From NCBI GenBank assembly GCA_965223545.1, contig OZ245006.1:7424001-7488000 (forward strand): 64,000 nucleotides of DNA, written 5' to 3'. Below the pieces are notes generated by a model. That model was not told the origin of the DNA, ran no database searches, and worked only from the letters and a program-made list of their open reading frames with translations. Numbering within the stretch: position 1 is the first letter of the stretch; every line of letters begins with the position of its first letter. The translations under genes and the position numbers were made by a program. Source of the DNA: Planctomycetota bacterium (lineage in GTDB: Bacteria > Planctomycetota > UBA1135 > UBA2386). Below, piece by piece: positions 45,821 through 56,300 of the stretch.

Positions 45821-47281
45821 ATGTTGCGGATGACGGTTGATCAAAGGTGGGTCTCGCTCTGGTTCGGCAGTTTATTATGTGCGACCCTTTCTCCACAGTC
45901 AATCTCTCTCAGAACTGTGCCTCTCTCACCTGTCTCTTGGGTGGTTGTGCGAACCTCGCCGCTCCCGATGTTTTCCAGGCAGGTTGCGTATCACGAGGCA
46001 GCCGACCAATTGTTCGTCCACGGCGCGGGGTTGAATTTCTCGGAGACCTGGACTCTCCAATCAGGCAAATGGACCAAGAGTGGTTCCACGCTGTCGCCAG
46101 GTAGGCGCTTCGATGCGGCGTTGTGCTACAGGGATGCCGCCAGAGATATCTTCTTGTTCGGCGGAGACGCAGGCCCACCATCTCCATTATGGCCTCTGAG
46201 CCTCGCTGATACTTGGTCGTGGAACGGTGTGTCGTGGCAGCAGTTGGCCGTGAATGGTCCCGCTCGGGCAGGGATGGGGATGGCGTATGATTCTGAGCGG
46301 GATCGGGTCGTTGTTTTCGGAGGTGTCCGATCTACGGGAGCAACGTTGTCTGCTCTTAACGATACTTGGGAGTGGAACGGGGTGAGGTGGATCAACATCC
46401 GGACTCCTGTCGCTCCGAGTCCAAGGTGTGCGCCTGCAATGACCTACGATCCAGTGCGGAGGCGCTGCGTTCTGTTCGGCGGTAGCGATCTAAGACCGCG
46501 AAACGACACTTGGGTGTACGATGGCTCCACGTGGACCCAGTTGTTTCCGCAGAATTCGCCGGGTCCGCGTTGGTCCTCGTTGACTTGGGATGATGCGCGA
46601 CAAGTGGCTGTCTTGGTCGGTGGTTTTGATGGTTCGAGAGGTTTTCGAGCCGGATCCGATCAAATGGTAGCTACTGGTGGTTTGTGGATGTCTGATACAT
46701 GGGAGTGGGATGGCAGTGCTTGGAACCAACGGCTGAAACGGATCCAGACAAAGCGCCATCCGGTAGCGTTTTATCAATCAGTAGCGTACGATAGTCGTAG
46801 ACAGCGGTCAATGACGGTGGTTTGGGATCGGACGACGCGTACTTGCGAGCTTTTGTCGTATGGGCCAAACACTCCTGCATCGGCCGGGTCTTTTGGCTCG
46901 CCGTGTCCTGGTTCGTCGGGCACGCCAGCCCTGTACACCAGCACTCTTCCGTGGGTGGGCTTCACCGTCACCCTGAGCCTGAGCGGCGCAGTCCCCGGCA
47001 CCTCAGCAGTCCTTACCGTCGGCCAGTCCAACACCCAATGGCTCGGCGCGACTCTCCCGCTCACGCTCGCACCAAGCCAGTGCCAAGTCTACGCCTCCGT
47101 CGACCTCGGCTTCGCCGGGCGCGCAGACGCCCAAGGCAACGCCCAGTGGACCCTCCCCTTGGCCAACCTCCCCAGTCTGGTCGGGCGATCGATGTTCCTA
47201 CAGGGCTACGCCGCAGACCCCGCGGTCGCGCTCGGCTTCGTCACGTCAAACGCGATCGACGCGGTTCTGGGCGCGAAGTAG
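45821..47281 (+). CDS. Secreted Kelch-like beta-propeller with conserved C-terminal domain (paralogue 4, intact)
   Basis: Same blade motifs and C-terminal ...LQGYAADPAVALGFVTSNAIDAVLGAK; TGGTATAAC promoter-like motif at ~45719-45727. Confidence 0.88.
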   Translation: MLRMTVDQRWVSLWFGSLLCATLSPQSISLRTVPLSPVSWVVVRTSPLPMFSRQVAYHEAADQLFVHGAGLNFSETWTLQSGKWTKSGSTLSPGRRFDAALCYRDAARDIFLFGGDAGPPSPLWPLSLADTWSWNGVSWQQLAVNGPARAGMGMAYDSERDRVVVFGGVRSTGATLSALNDTWEWNGVRWINIRTPVAPSPRCAPAMTYDPVRRRCVLFGGSDLRPRNDTWVYDGSTWTQLFPQNSPGPRWSSLTWDDARQVAVLVGGFDGSRGFRAGSDQMVATGGLWMSDTWEWDGSAWNQRLKRIQTKRHPVAFYQSVAYDSRRQRSMTVVWDRTTRTCELLSYGPNTPASAGSFGSPCPGSSGTPALYTSTLPWVGFTVTLSLSGAVPGTSAVLTVGQSNTQWLGATLPLTLAPSQCQVYASVDLGFAGRADAQGNAQWTLPLANLPSLVGRSMFLQGYAADPAVALGFVTSNAIDAVLGAK

Positions 47282-47303
47282 CCCAAGCCCGCGACCACGC
47301 CCC

Positions 47304-48467
47304 CTACTCCCGCAGCGCCTCGTACTGCCGCTGCGTCGCCGCCACCATCCCCGGTAGATCAAACCGCTCCCGCACCACCTCCGCCCCACGCACCCCCATC
47401 GCGCGCCGCCGCGCCGGATCGCGCACCAGCTCCAGCACCGCGTCCGCCAACGCCTTCGGATCGCTCGGTGGCACCAGCAACCCGGTTTCCCCGGGCACCA
47501 CGGTGTCGCGGTTGCCGATCACGTCGGTCGCCACCACCGGCAGCTCGAGCAGCATGGCCTCGAGCAGCACGTAGGGCAGGCCTTCGTACACCGACGAGAG
47601 CACGAACACGTCGAACGCGTTCATCACGTCCTGGATGTCGTGCCGGAAGCCCAGGAAGTGGAACGCCTGGAAGACGTCGACTTCGCGGGCGGCGACCGTG
47701 CTCTGCAGGCGCTTCTCGCCGTCGCCGCACCAGATGAAGCGGGCGTGCGGGGCGCCGTCGAGGACGAAGCGCGCCGAGCGGATGAAGGTCATCGGGTCCT
47801 TCTGCTTGCTGTGGCGGCTGGCGGTGCCGATGACGAAGGCGTCGTCGTCGATGCCGAGCTCGCGGCGGATGCGGCGGCGGGCGTCGTCGTCGGGGCGGAA
47901 GCCGTCGTCGCAGGCGACGGCGTTGGGGATCACCGTGATGCGCTCGGCCGGCACGGTCTTGGTCTCGACGGCGGCGGTGCGCTCGCTCTCGGAGACCGCG
48001 ATGAAGCGGTCGGTCATCCGGCCGGCGAGCTGCTCGAGCCACAAGAACAGGCGCTGCACCATGCGGTTGCCGGGTCGCAGGAAGTAGAGGCCGTTGGGAG
48101 TGTAGATCGTCTTGAGGCCGCAGAGCTTGGCGGCGATGCGGCCGAGGAAGCCGGCCTTGGAGCTGTGCAGGTGGACGACGTCGTAGTTGCCGCGGCGCAT
48201 CAGGCGCAGCAGGCGGAGCAGGCCGAGGGGGTCCTGGATCGGGTGGATGCCGCTGCGCAGGTCGATCGGGTGCAGGGTGATGCCGAGGGCGCGGACGCGC
48301 TCGGCGAACTTGGTGTCGCCCTTGTCCACCCACTCGTCGCGCACCAGCGGGCTCGCCACCTCGACCTCGAAGCGGTCGCGGTCGATCCCCTGCAGCAGCA
48401 GCAGAAGATGCTTGCCGGTGCCGGCGGTGGTGGCCTCGAGGACCTCGAGCACTCGGATCTTGGACAC
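47304..48467 (-). CDS. Glycosyltransferase family 4
   Basis: HLHSSKAG, IPNAV, QKDP, EGLPYVLLEAM, TGLLVPP. Confidence 0.93.
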   Translation of the reverse strand: MSKIRVLEVLEATTAGTGKHLLLLLQGIDRDRFEVEVASPLVRDEWVDKGDTKFAERVRALGITLHPIDLRSGIHPIQDPLGLLRLLRLMRRGNYDVVHLHSSKAGFLGRIAAKLCGLKTIYTPNGLYFLRPGNRMVQRLFLWLEQLAGRMTDRFIAVSESERTAAVETKTVPAERITVIPNAVACDDGFRPDDDARRRIRRELGIDDDAFVIGTASRHSKQKDPMTFIRSARFVLDGAPHARFIWCGDGEKRLQSTVAAREVDVFQAFHFLGFRHDIQDVMNAFDVFVLSSVYEGLPYVLLEAMLLELPVVATDVIGNRDTVVPGETGLLVPPSDPKALADAVLELVRDPARRRAMGVRGAEVVRERFDLPGMVAATQRQYEALRE

Positions 48468-48614
48468 GCGGACGAGAGGGGTGGTTGAGGGGCGGTGCGA
48501 GGGCGATTATGCGGCATGCGGGCGCCGCGCGGCAGCACTCGTCGGCAGCGTCCCGGCCGTGCCGCCGTCCGCTCTTCTATCGGTCCGCAGCCGCACCCAG
48601 CTCGATCCGGCTGC

Positions 48615-49721
48615 TCAGCCGTCGGTGGGCTCGGGCGCGCGCCCCTGGTACAGCGCCTCGATCTGCGCGGCGTAGCGCTCGATCGCGAAGTGCTCGGTAA
48701 AGCTCTGCTTGCCGGTCTCGGCGAGCCGCGCGCTCAAGGCCGGATCGGCGTGCAGCTCGCCGATGCGGCGCGCCAGCTGGTCGGGGTCGCCGGGCGGCAC
48801 CAGCAGGCCGTTGACGCCGCTCTGCACCAGCTCGGCCGGCCCCTCGATGTCGGTGGCGACGACGGCGACGCCGGCGCGGAACGCCTCGAGGATCACCAGG
48901 CCGAAGCCCTCGAACACCGACGGCAGCGCGAACACATCGCAGGCGGCGAAATAGCGCTCGGGCGCGCGCGTCGCCGGCCGCAGCTGGACCACGTCGTCCG
49001 TGCCCAGCCGCTCGTTGTGGGCGCGGAGCTCGGCTTCGAGCGAGCCGGCGCCGACGATCAGCACGCGGAGGCGGTCGATCGAGTTGCGCAATCGGGCGGC
49101 GGCCTCGATCAGCGTGTGCACCGACTTCTGCCGCTCGAGCCGGCCGACGAACAGCACGCAGAACGCGTGCTGTGGAATGTCGAGCTCGGCGCGCAGGGCG
49201 GCGCGGTCCTGGCCGAGGCGGACGTCGGGGATCGCGTTGTGCACCACGCTGGCGCGGGCGGCCGGCACCCGCAGGCGCTGGCGCACGTGCTCGTGCACCG
49301 ACTTGGAGATGCACAGCACGTGGCAGTCGGGGACCACGCGGCGGAACAGCCAGCGGTAGGCGCGGAAGATCACGTGGTCCTTCCAGCTCCACTTGAACCA
49401 GATGTTGTGCATCGTGCAGAAGCGGCGCATGGGCAGGCCACGCGAGGCCCACTGGCCGACGAAGTCGGCGTGCCCGAGGTGGGTGTGCAGCACGTCGGGG
49501 GCGGTCTCGGCCAAGAACGCGCGCAGCCGCGCGGCGAGGCCGCGGCCGAGCGGCAGCTGGTGCACGCGGACGCTGGGATCCAGCTCGGCGACCAGATCCG
49601 GGTCGTTCTTGAAGTAGACGATGTCGATCTCGTGCCGCGTCGCGTGCAGGTTGGCGAGGTTGACCAGCAGCCGCTCGGCGCCCGCGAAGTGGATCGAGGT
49701 GATGACGTGGCAGATGCGCAT
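48615..49721 (-). CDS. Glycosyltransferase family 4
   Basis: MRICHVITS..GAE, VGRLERQKS, EGFGLVILEAF. Confidence 0.92.
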   Translation of the reverse strand: MRICHVITSIHFAGAERLLVNLANLHATRHEIDIVYFKNDPDLVAELDPSVRVHQLPLGRGLAARLRAFLAETAPDVLHTHLGHADFVGQWASRGLPMRRFCTMHNIWFKWSWKDHVIFRAYRWLFRRVVPDCHVLCISKSVHEHVRQRLRVPAARASVVHNAIPDVRLGQDRAALRAELDIPQHAFCVLFVGRLERQKSVHTLIEAAARLRNSIDRLRVLIVGAGSLEAELRAHNERLGTDDVVQLRPATRAPERYFAACDVFALPSVFEGFGLVILEAFRAGVAVVATDIEGPAELVQSGVNGLLVPPGDPDQLARRIGELHADPALSARLAETGKQSFTEHFAIERYAAQIEALYQGRAPEPTDG

Positions 49722-49878
49722 GCGACACGGTGGAGTGGGCGGCCACTGCTGAGGCACAAACAGCGGCATGGGCGCGGCCGGCCTGGAAACCGTAGCGAGT
49801 CGGCCGCTTCGGAGTAGACTTCTCGGGCGATAGGGGGGCGGTCCGGCATGGGGCCGTCCGCACCGCGCCACAACGCCG

Positions 49879-50610
49879 ATGTCGACGCACGTTCACAGCC
49901 GCCGGATGCCGGGGCTGGCGGCCCTGGTGGTCTGCTGGCTGTTGGCGTGTACGGGCTGCGTGGCACCCGCCATCGAAGAGGGTCAGATCATGGTCGGCGC
50001 GCTGCGCACCATCGATCCCGAGGGGCAAGTCGTCCGCCGCGGCGACCAGCTCGCGATCCGTTTCACCTACGAGCCCGGGCGGAACCAGGCAGTCACGGTG
50101 CGGCCGGACGGCAAGATCTCGATCCCGTTCGCCGAGGAGGTGGTCGCCGCCGGCCGGACGGTCGAGGAGTTGGACGAGATCCTGTCGGAGCAGGTCTCCC
50201 GGCACCTGGTGAACGGCGATCTCACCGTGATCGTGCGTCAGCGGGTCCGGCATCAGGTCTACGTCGCCGGTGAGGTGCGGCGCCCTGGCGTGGTGGGACT
50301 CGAGCCCGGCATGACGCTGCACCACGCGGTGCTGGCGTCGGGCGACTTCAAGCGCTCTGCCGCGACGGATTCGGTGATCTTGGTGCGCGATCTCGGCCCC
50401 GGTCTGCGCGGCGCCGAGAAGCTCGATCTCAGCGAGGAGGGCATGGTGCGCGGCGACTACCAGCTGCAGCCGTTCGATTTGGTCTACGTGCCGCGCACCA
50501 GCATCAGCCGCGTGAGTCAGTGGCTGCGCCAGCACGTCAGCAACCTGCTGCCGAAGGGCGTGCGCATCGTCGCCTTCAGCTATCACTATGGCCTTCAAGT
50601 CGATCTGTAG
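49879..50610 (+). CDS. Polysaccharide export protein (Wza/Poly_export + SLBB)
   Basis: Lipobox-like LACTGC, GDQL, VRPDGKISIP, VYVAGEVRRPG, LQPFDLVYVP. Start at 49879 or 49906. Confidence 0.88.
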   Translation: MSTHVHSRRMPGLAALVVCWLLACTGCVAPAIEEGQIMVGALRTIDPEGQVVRRGDQLAIRFTYEPGRNQAVTVRPDGKISIPFAEEVVAAGRTVEELDEILSEQVSRHLVNGDLTVIVRQRVRHQVYVAGEVRRPGVVGLEPGMTLHHAVLASGDFKRSAATDSVILVRDLGPGLRGAEKLDLSEEGMVRGDYQLQPFDLVYVPRTSISRVSQWLRQHVSNLLPKGVRIVAFSYHYGLQVDL

Positions 50611-50619
50611 AGAACCGTG

Positions 50620-51327
50620 ATGAAACTGACGCGAGTGTTGCTGTCCGTGCTTCCCTTCCTCGGGGGCGTGGCCTGCGTGGGGCCCGATATCGACTATGGC
50701 GAGATCCGGTCGGTGGAGGTGATGGAAGCCAACCCCGGGGGCTACCGGCTCAGCGCGGGCGACCAGATCGAGGTCGTGTTCGCGTATCACCCGGAGCGCA
50801 GCATCCCGCTCACGGTGCGACCCGACGGCAAGGTGTCGATGCCGTTTGCCGAGGAGATCCTCGCCGCCGGCCGCACGATCCCCGAGCTCGACGCCGCGTT
50901 GACCGAAGAGGTCGCCAAGAACCTGAAGAACCCCGACCTCGCGGTGGTGATGCGCGCCTACGCGCGGCAGCGGGTCTACGTCGGCGGTGAAGTGCAGCGA
51001 CCTAGCGAGCGACCGCTGATCCCGGGCGAGACGGTGTACCAGGCGATCGCCGCGTCGGGTTGGTTCTTGCCGACGGCGGCGCAGGACAGTGTCGTGCTGA
51101 TTCGCCAGGCCGGGCCGGACGTTCGGCAGGCGATGAAGTTCGATTTCTCCGAGGAGGCGCTGGTCGCGGCGGACGTGCAGCTGCAGCCGTTCGACGTGAT
51201 CTACGTCCCGCCGACGACCATCGCCCGCGTCGGCGAGTGGATCGAGCAGCACATCAACAACATCCTGCCGCGCGGCGTCAACATCGGCTTCGTCGGCTTC
51301 ACCGGCCGCCGCGTGCTGCTGCAGTAG
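50620..51327 (+). CDS. Polysaccharide export protein (Wza/Poly_export + SLBB), second copy
   Basis: GVAC lipobox, YRLSAGDQI, VRPDGKVSMP, VYVGGEV, LQPFDVIYVP. Confidence 0.9.
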   Translation: MKLTRVLLSVLPFLGGVACVGPDIDYGEIRSVEVMEANPGGYRLSAGDQIEVVFAYHPERSIPLTVRPDGKVSMPFAEEILAAGRTIPELDAALTEEVAKNLKNPDLAVVMRAYARQRVYVGGEVQRPSERPLIPGETVYQAIAASGWFLPTAAQDSVVLIRQAGPDVRQAMKFDFSEEALVAADVQLQPFDVIYVPPTTIARVGEWIEQHINNILPRGVNIGFVGFTGRRVLLQ

Positions 51328-51357
51328 CGCTGGCCCTTGCCGCGGGCTGGAGCGTCG

Positions 51358-52260
51358 TCAGTCGCCGCCCCGCCGGCGGGCCCGCAGCCACGTCCAGACG
51401 TCGTAGCCGCGGCCGAGCTGGAAGGCGAGGCCGAAGACTCCCTGTGCGGGGTCGATGCTGCAGCGCGCGATGCGCATCGGGTCGGGGTGGTGCCGCCGCG
51501 TCCACGATGGCTCCGCCATGAAGGTGCCGTAGTAGCCCGCGGCGCGGGCCGCCTCGATGGTGGCGTCGCTGTGCGCGCCGTACGGCCAGGCCAGCGCGCG
51601 CACCGTGCCGAACCCCTGCGCTTCGAGGTCGTCGCGGGCGCCGCGCAGCTCGTCGCGCAGCTGCTGCGCGTCGACCTCGTCCATGTAGGGGTGCGTGCGG
51701 GTGTGTGACGACACCTCCAGCCCGCGCGGCGGCGCCGGCCGCAGCTCGTCCCAGGTCGCGATGCGTTCGGTCATCGTCGCGTACGTCTGCTGCAGCGCGG
51801 CTTCCTTGTCGGCGTCGGTGCCGGTGTAGACCTCGTCGATCATCCGCTCGATGCGCGCCCGGTCGCGCTCGCCCCAGCGCGGCAGGTCGCCGTCGTTCTG
51901 CGTCACCATGAACACGGTGGCGCAGAGCCCGCGCGCCTCGAGGATCGGCAGGGCCTCGGTGACGTTGTTGAGGTAGCCGTCGTCGAAGGTGATGACCACG
52001 ACGTCGCGCGGCACGGTGCGGCCCTCGTGCAGGGCGCGGACGAAGCGCTCGGCGGTCCAGGTCGTGTAGCCCTTCGCCACCAGGTAGTCCATCTGCGCGG
52101 CGAACAGCGCGGCGGTCACCGAGATCGGGCTGTCGATGGCATCCACGCTGTGGTAGGTGAGGACGCGCGGGCCGGCGGCCGGAAACGGCAGCGTCGCGAA
52201 GTGGAGGACCCGGCGGACGGCGGCCTTGAGCAGGCGGTTGGTGGTGTTGCGCAGCGACAC
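51358..52260 (-). CDS. Polysaccharide deacetylase (NodB/CE4)
   Basis: VLTYHSV, ITFDDGY, SHTRTHP, AWPYG. Start uncertain (52260/52299). Confidence 0.9.
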   Translation of the reverse strand: MSLRNTTNRLLKAAVRRVLHFATLPFPAAGPRVLTYHSVDAIDSPISVTAALFAAQMDYLVAKGYTTWTAERFVRALHEGRTVPRDVVVITFDDGYLNNVTEALPILEARGLCATVFMVTQNDGDLPRWGERDRARIERMIDEVYTGTDADKEAALQQTYATMTERIATWDELRPAPPRGLEVSSHTRTHPYMDEVDAQQLRDELRGARDDLEAQGFGTVRALAWPYGAHSDATIEAARAAGYYGTFMAEPSWTRRHHPDPMRIARCSIDPAQGVFGLAFQLGRGYDVWTWLRARRRGGD

Positions 52261-52376
52261 GGTGGGTGGAAGGATGGCCGCCGAGCGCCGCGACGGCAAT
52301 GCGCGACCGCCGCCGGCTTGCCGGACCGGTCCCCGCCTCCTAGGCTGCCGCGCCGGGCGACCGCGTCCCGCCTCCG

Positions 52377-53369
52377 ATGCTGCCGGACTTTCTCTGCATC
52401 GGTGCCCAAAAGGCGGGCACCACCTGGCTCTACCACAACTTGGCGCAGCATCCCGGGATCTGGATGCCGCCGCTCAAGGAGCTGTTCTACTTCTGCGGCT
52501 TCGACAGCGATGCAGAAGGCGTGCCGCGGCCGGCGTCGCGGTGGCCTCTGGCGCTGCAGGCGCTGGCGCCGCGCAACACCGCGCTGCGTCGCCTGGTGGG
52601 GGACGCGGCGCGCAAGGTGCGGGCGCGCAGGGGCGGCGACGCGGGCGGCGGCGTCGGCGACGGTGTTGCGGCGGCGACCCCGGATGCGCCGGGCGCGACC
52701 GGCGGCGTCAGTGAGGGCGCGCGCGGCGGCGGACTCGGCTGGTGGCTGCGCTACGCGCTGATGCCGCGCACCGACCGCTGGTACGCGCGCTTGTTCGACC
52801 CGGGTCCCGGCCAGATCGCCGGGGACATCACGCCGTACTACGCCAATCTCGAGGCCGACCGGGTCGCTCGCATCGCCGCCCTGCTGCCGCGCGCCAAGGT
52901 GATCTACCTGCTGCGCGATCCGATCGAGCGGGTGTGGTCGGAGGCCAAGATGAACGCCGGCTGGCTCGGCATCGATCTGCAGGACGGCGAGCCCGAGCGC
53001 GTGCGGCGCTACTTCCGCGGCCGGCATGCCGCCCGCCTCACCGACTACCTCACCAACCTGCGCACGTGGCAAGCGCACTACGGCGACGGCGCGTTCTTCG
53101 TCGGCTACTTCGACCAGCTGGCGCGGCAGCCCGCCGCGCTCGCCCGATCGGTGTTCGAGTTCCTCGGCGTCGACGCCAGCGACGCGGTGGTGCCGCCGGA
53201 CGTCGACACGGTGCGCAACGCCGGCCGCCGCGCGCCGATCCCCGAGCAGTGGGCCGCGTTCTTGAGCGAGCTCTTCTTGCCCCGGCTGCGCGCGCTGCAC
53301 GACGCGCTCGGGGCGGAGGAAACCGCGCGCTGGCTCGCCTACGCCGAGGAGCACGCGCCGCGGGACTGA
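52377..53369 (+). CDS. Sulfotransferase
   Basis: PDFLCIGAQKAGTTWL (5'-PSB), GDITPYY, LLRDPIERVWS (3'-PB). Confidence 0.92.
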   Translation: MLPDFLCIGAQKAGTTWLYHNLAQHPGIWMPPLKELFYFCGFDSDAEGVPRPASRWPLALQALAPRNTALRRLVGDAARKVRARRGGDAGGGVGDGVAAATPDAPGATGGVSEGARGGGLGWWLRYALMPRTDRWYARLFDPGPGQIAGDITPYYANLEADRVARIAALLPRAKVIYLLRDPIERVWSEAKMNAGWLGIDLQDGEPERVRRYFRGRHAARLTDYLTNLRTWQAHYGDGAFFVGYFDQLARQPAALARSVFEFLGVDASDAVVPPDVDTVRNAGRRAPIPEQWAAFLSELFLPRLRALHDALGAEETARWLAYAEEHAPRD

Positions 53370-53390
53370 CGGGCGGAGTCCGGCGCGCGG

Positions 53391-56300
53391 TCAGAACTCG
53401 CACCAGGACTCGACCGCGGCAGCCGAGCCGTCGCGCAGCCAGCCGTCCAGCTGGGCCGGGTCCTTGAGCTGTTGGCCGCGGAAGCGCGGCACCTCCAGGT
53501 AGCGGCAGTCGACGTCGTCCAGCGTCGTCATGTCGCCCCACAGCTTCTCGAACTGACACACCGTGAACACGTCTTCCTGCGCGTGTCCCCAGCGCTTGAC
53601 CACGTCCTTGAGGGTGACGTAGGTCGGCAGCCGCGCCGCCATCGCCCGCACCGCGCGCCGCACGCGCAGCTCGTCGGCGAGCGCCGCCCGGTCGAGGCCG
53701 AACGCCGCCAGCAGCGGGTCGATGGCGATCCAGGTGGTCATCGAGTTGTAGTAGCGCAGGCCGAGCTCGAGCTCGGGCCGGGGCAGCGCGAGCGACTCGA
53801 CCAGGCGGAGGCGGCCGTCGACCCGGGCCAAGCCGCCGCCGCGGTCGTCGACGCAGCGCGGTACCACCTCGAAGGTCAGGGCCCCGCCCGCCGCCAGGTG
53901 CATGCCGAGCAGACCGGGGTCGACCGTTGCGCCGACGGTGTCGATGTTGTGCAGCAGCAGGTGGTCGAGCTGCGGGCGCAGCGCCAACAGCTCGGCCAGC
54001 GTGCCGTTGCGCAGCAAGTTGCCGACCTCGAACCAGTGGCCGACCGGGTGCAGGCACTGGTGCGGCTCGTTGTCGGTGTAGTCGCTGGCCTCGCCGGCCG
54101 CGCGCGCCCAGTCGGCCAGCGCCGCCTGCGCGCTCTCCCGCACCTTCTGCGCCTGCTCGTCGAGCCGCTGCTGCGCCGTCTCCGACCACAGCGCTTCGAG
54201 GTCGGCGACCATCGGCACCATGCGCAGGCCGACCGCGCGGCCGGGGGACAGGCGCAGCGGTGCCGGGTAGTGGTAGTCGCGCTCGGCGTCGAGGTGCGCG
54301 TCGATGGCGTCGTGCGTGAAGCGGCTGGTGGTGAACACGTGCGGCAGGGGCTGGCCGAAGGCGCGCGTCGTGCGCCGGCTCTTGGCCAGGTGCACCTCGA
54401 GAAAGGTGCGGTGGCGCTGGCCGAGGACGGCGAACGGGTGCAGCGCCTTGACCACGCCGGAGCCGCCGCTCCAGCGGCTGCCCACGCCGGCGGCCAGCGT
54501 GACGACGGCGACCCGCCCCTGCGCCAGCGCCTCGCTGCCGCGCTCGAGGACCTCGGCGGGCTGCGGCTCGGTGCCGTCGAGGACGTCTGCGTGGCCGACG
54601 TCCTCGATGGTCGTGTCGGGCGGCAGCCGGTTCTGCCGCAGGCCGATGGCGCCGCTGCGCAGCGCGGCGCGCACCTGCTCGTGCAGGGCCAAGTCGAAGC
54701 CGGCGGCGGTGAGCTGGGCGTCGAGGGAGCGCGGCGCGGCTTCCGCCGGCGGTGGCGCGGTGCGGGCCTCGGCCGCGGCCTCCGGCGCCTCGAGCCGCGC
54801 CACGGTCCCGGTGTCGCTGAGCGCGAAGTCGTAGACCACCGGGTCCATGGCAAACGGCATGGCGCTCACGAGCCGGTCTTTTTCCGTCTGCAACAACGAC
54901 GGCAGGGCGTCGAGCGCGCGCGCCCGCGCCGCCGGGGCGAACCAGAGCCCCATGCCGCCGCCGGACATGCCGCCCAGCATGCAGAAGCCCCAGAAGTCGT
55001 CGCCGAAGCGCTCCTGCACGGCGGCGCGCAGCCGCGCGGTGTAGAGGTTGTCGGCGGCCGGGATGATGCCGCGGATCGGCCCGTCGAAGTTGTCGGTGGT
55101 CGCCGCCGCCAGCGGGCGCACCGCCCCGTTCGCCAGGTGGCGGTGGATGTCGTCGAACAGCGCGACCGCGCGCTGCCGGCAGCGCCACTCGTACGCGCTG
55201 CGCAGCAGGTACTTCTCGGTCACCATCTCGAGCACCGGCCCGACGTTCTGCGCGAGCCCGCCGTGGATCAGCACCAGGCTTCTGCGCACCGCGTCGAGCG
55301 CGCCCGGCGCCAGGCTGTCGTCGAGCAGCGTGTGCGCCGGCAGCAGCCGGCCCCGGCTGATGCCGTCCTCGGGGTCGCCGGCGCCGGCGAGGACGCCGCT
55401 GATGCGCTTGGCGCCGGGCCAGATGCCACCCGAGTCCTGCCAGCCGCCGCCCGAGCCGCCCAGCCACTCGCCGAGAATCGCGCGCGCCGCGACGACGCGG
55501 CGCTCGGCCTCGGTGAGACCGCCGGTGAGCGACGCGGTCTGTTGGGTGGCGCGCATCAGGACGGCGATCAACGAAGCCAGCAGGTTGGTGGAGACCGCCA
55601 GCCGCGAGCCCTTGGGAATGCCGCGCACGTGACTGCGCACCTCGAGGCCGTTGCCGGGGCCGCAGATCGCGCCGAGCAGGGCGCCGAGGTCGGCACCGCT
55701 GCCCTCGAGCGAGGGCGGCACGACGCCTGCCGAGATCACCGCGGCGCGCAGCAGGCCGAGGTGGTCGCGGGCGAAGTCGAACACTCCAGCCAGCGCGTGG
55801 ATCTCGGTGTCGGCGCCGAGGTCGTCGCTCGCCAGCCGGAGCACGGGCCGCGGCAGGATGCGAACCGACGCCGCGATGGGGGGGCGCGGTGCGGTGTCGC
55901 GGCCGCGCACCGCGAGGTCGATCGACAGGTTGAGGACGCGCGCGCCCTCGGGGTAGTCCATGCCGAGGAAGAAGATGTCGCTCCACGCACTGTGCGACAG
56001 GTCTAGCCGGACGGCGGTGTGCTCGGTCAGCCACGGCCCCGGCGCATCGGCGCGCGGTGCCAGCTCGGCCGCCGCGCGCAGGGGTTGGGCTTCTGCGTCG
56101 TGGATCTCGAACATCCAGGCGTTGCCCTCGGCCAGCCGCACGCTGCGCCGCACCTGGTCGGCCAGCGTCTGGAACGCGTGGCCGCGGTAGGCGGCGGCGA
56201 GCGCACTCGACACCGCCTCGTTGGGGCCTTGCCGCTCGGCGGCGGCGAGCAGGGCGTCGATGGCCTCGGTGAACCGGCGCTCGAGCAGCGCCGCGAAGCC

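Larger units (their letters stand above)
44787..47911. repeat. Direct repeat pair 44787-45639 / 46978-47911 (Kelch constant 3' region + GT4 3' end)
   Basis: Near-identical sequence by eye; the Kelch-constant part also recurs at 41582-41885. Confidence 0.92.

Noticed and set aside
39724..47281. Diversity-generating retroelement or integron as the source of the Kelch array
   Set aside because: No reverse transcriptase or integrase in the window, differences are not adenine-specific, and no attC-like RYYYAAC/GTTRRRY sites were seen.
52630..52740. Gly/Ala-rich insertion in the sulfotransferase as an intein or mobile insert
   Set aside because: Short low-complexity linker with no intein motifs or flanking repeats.
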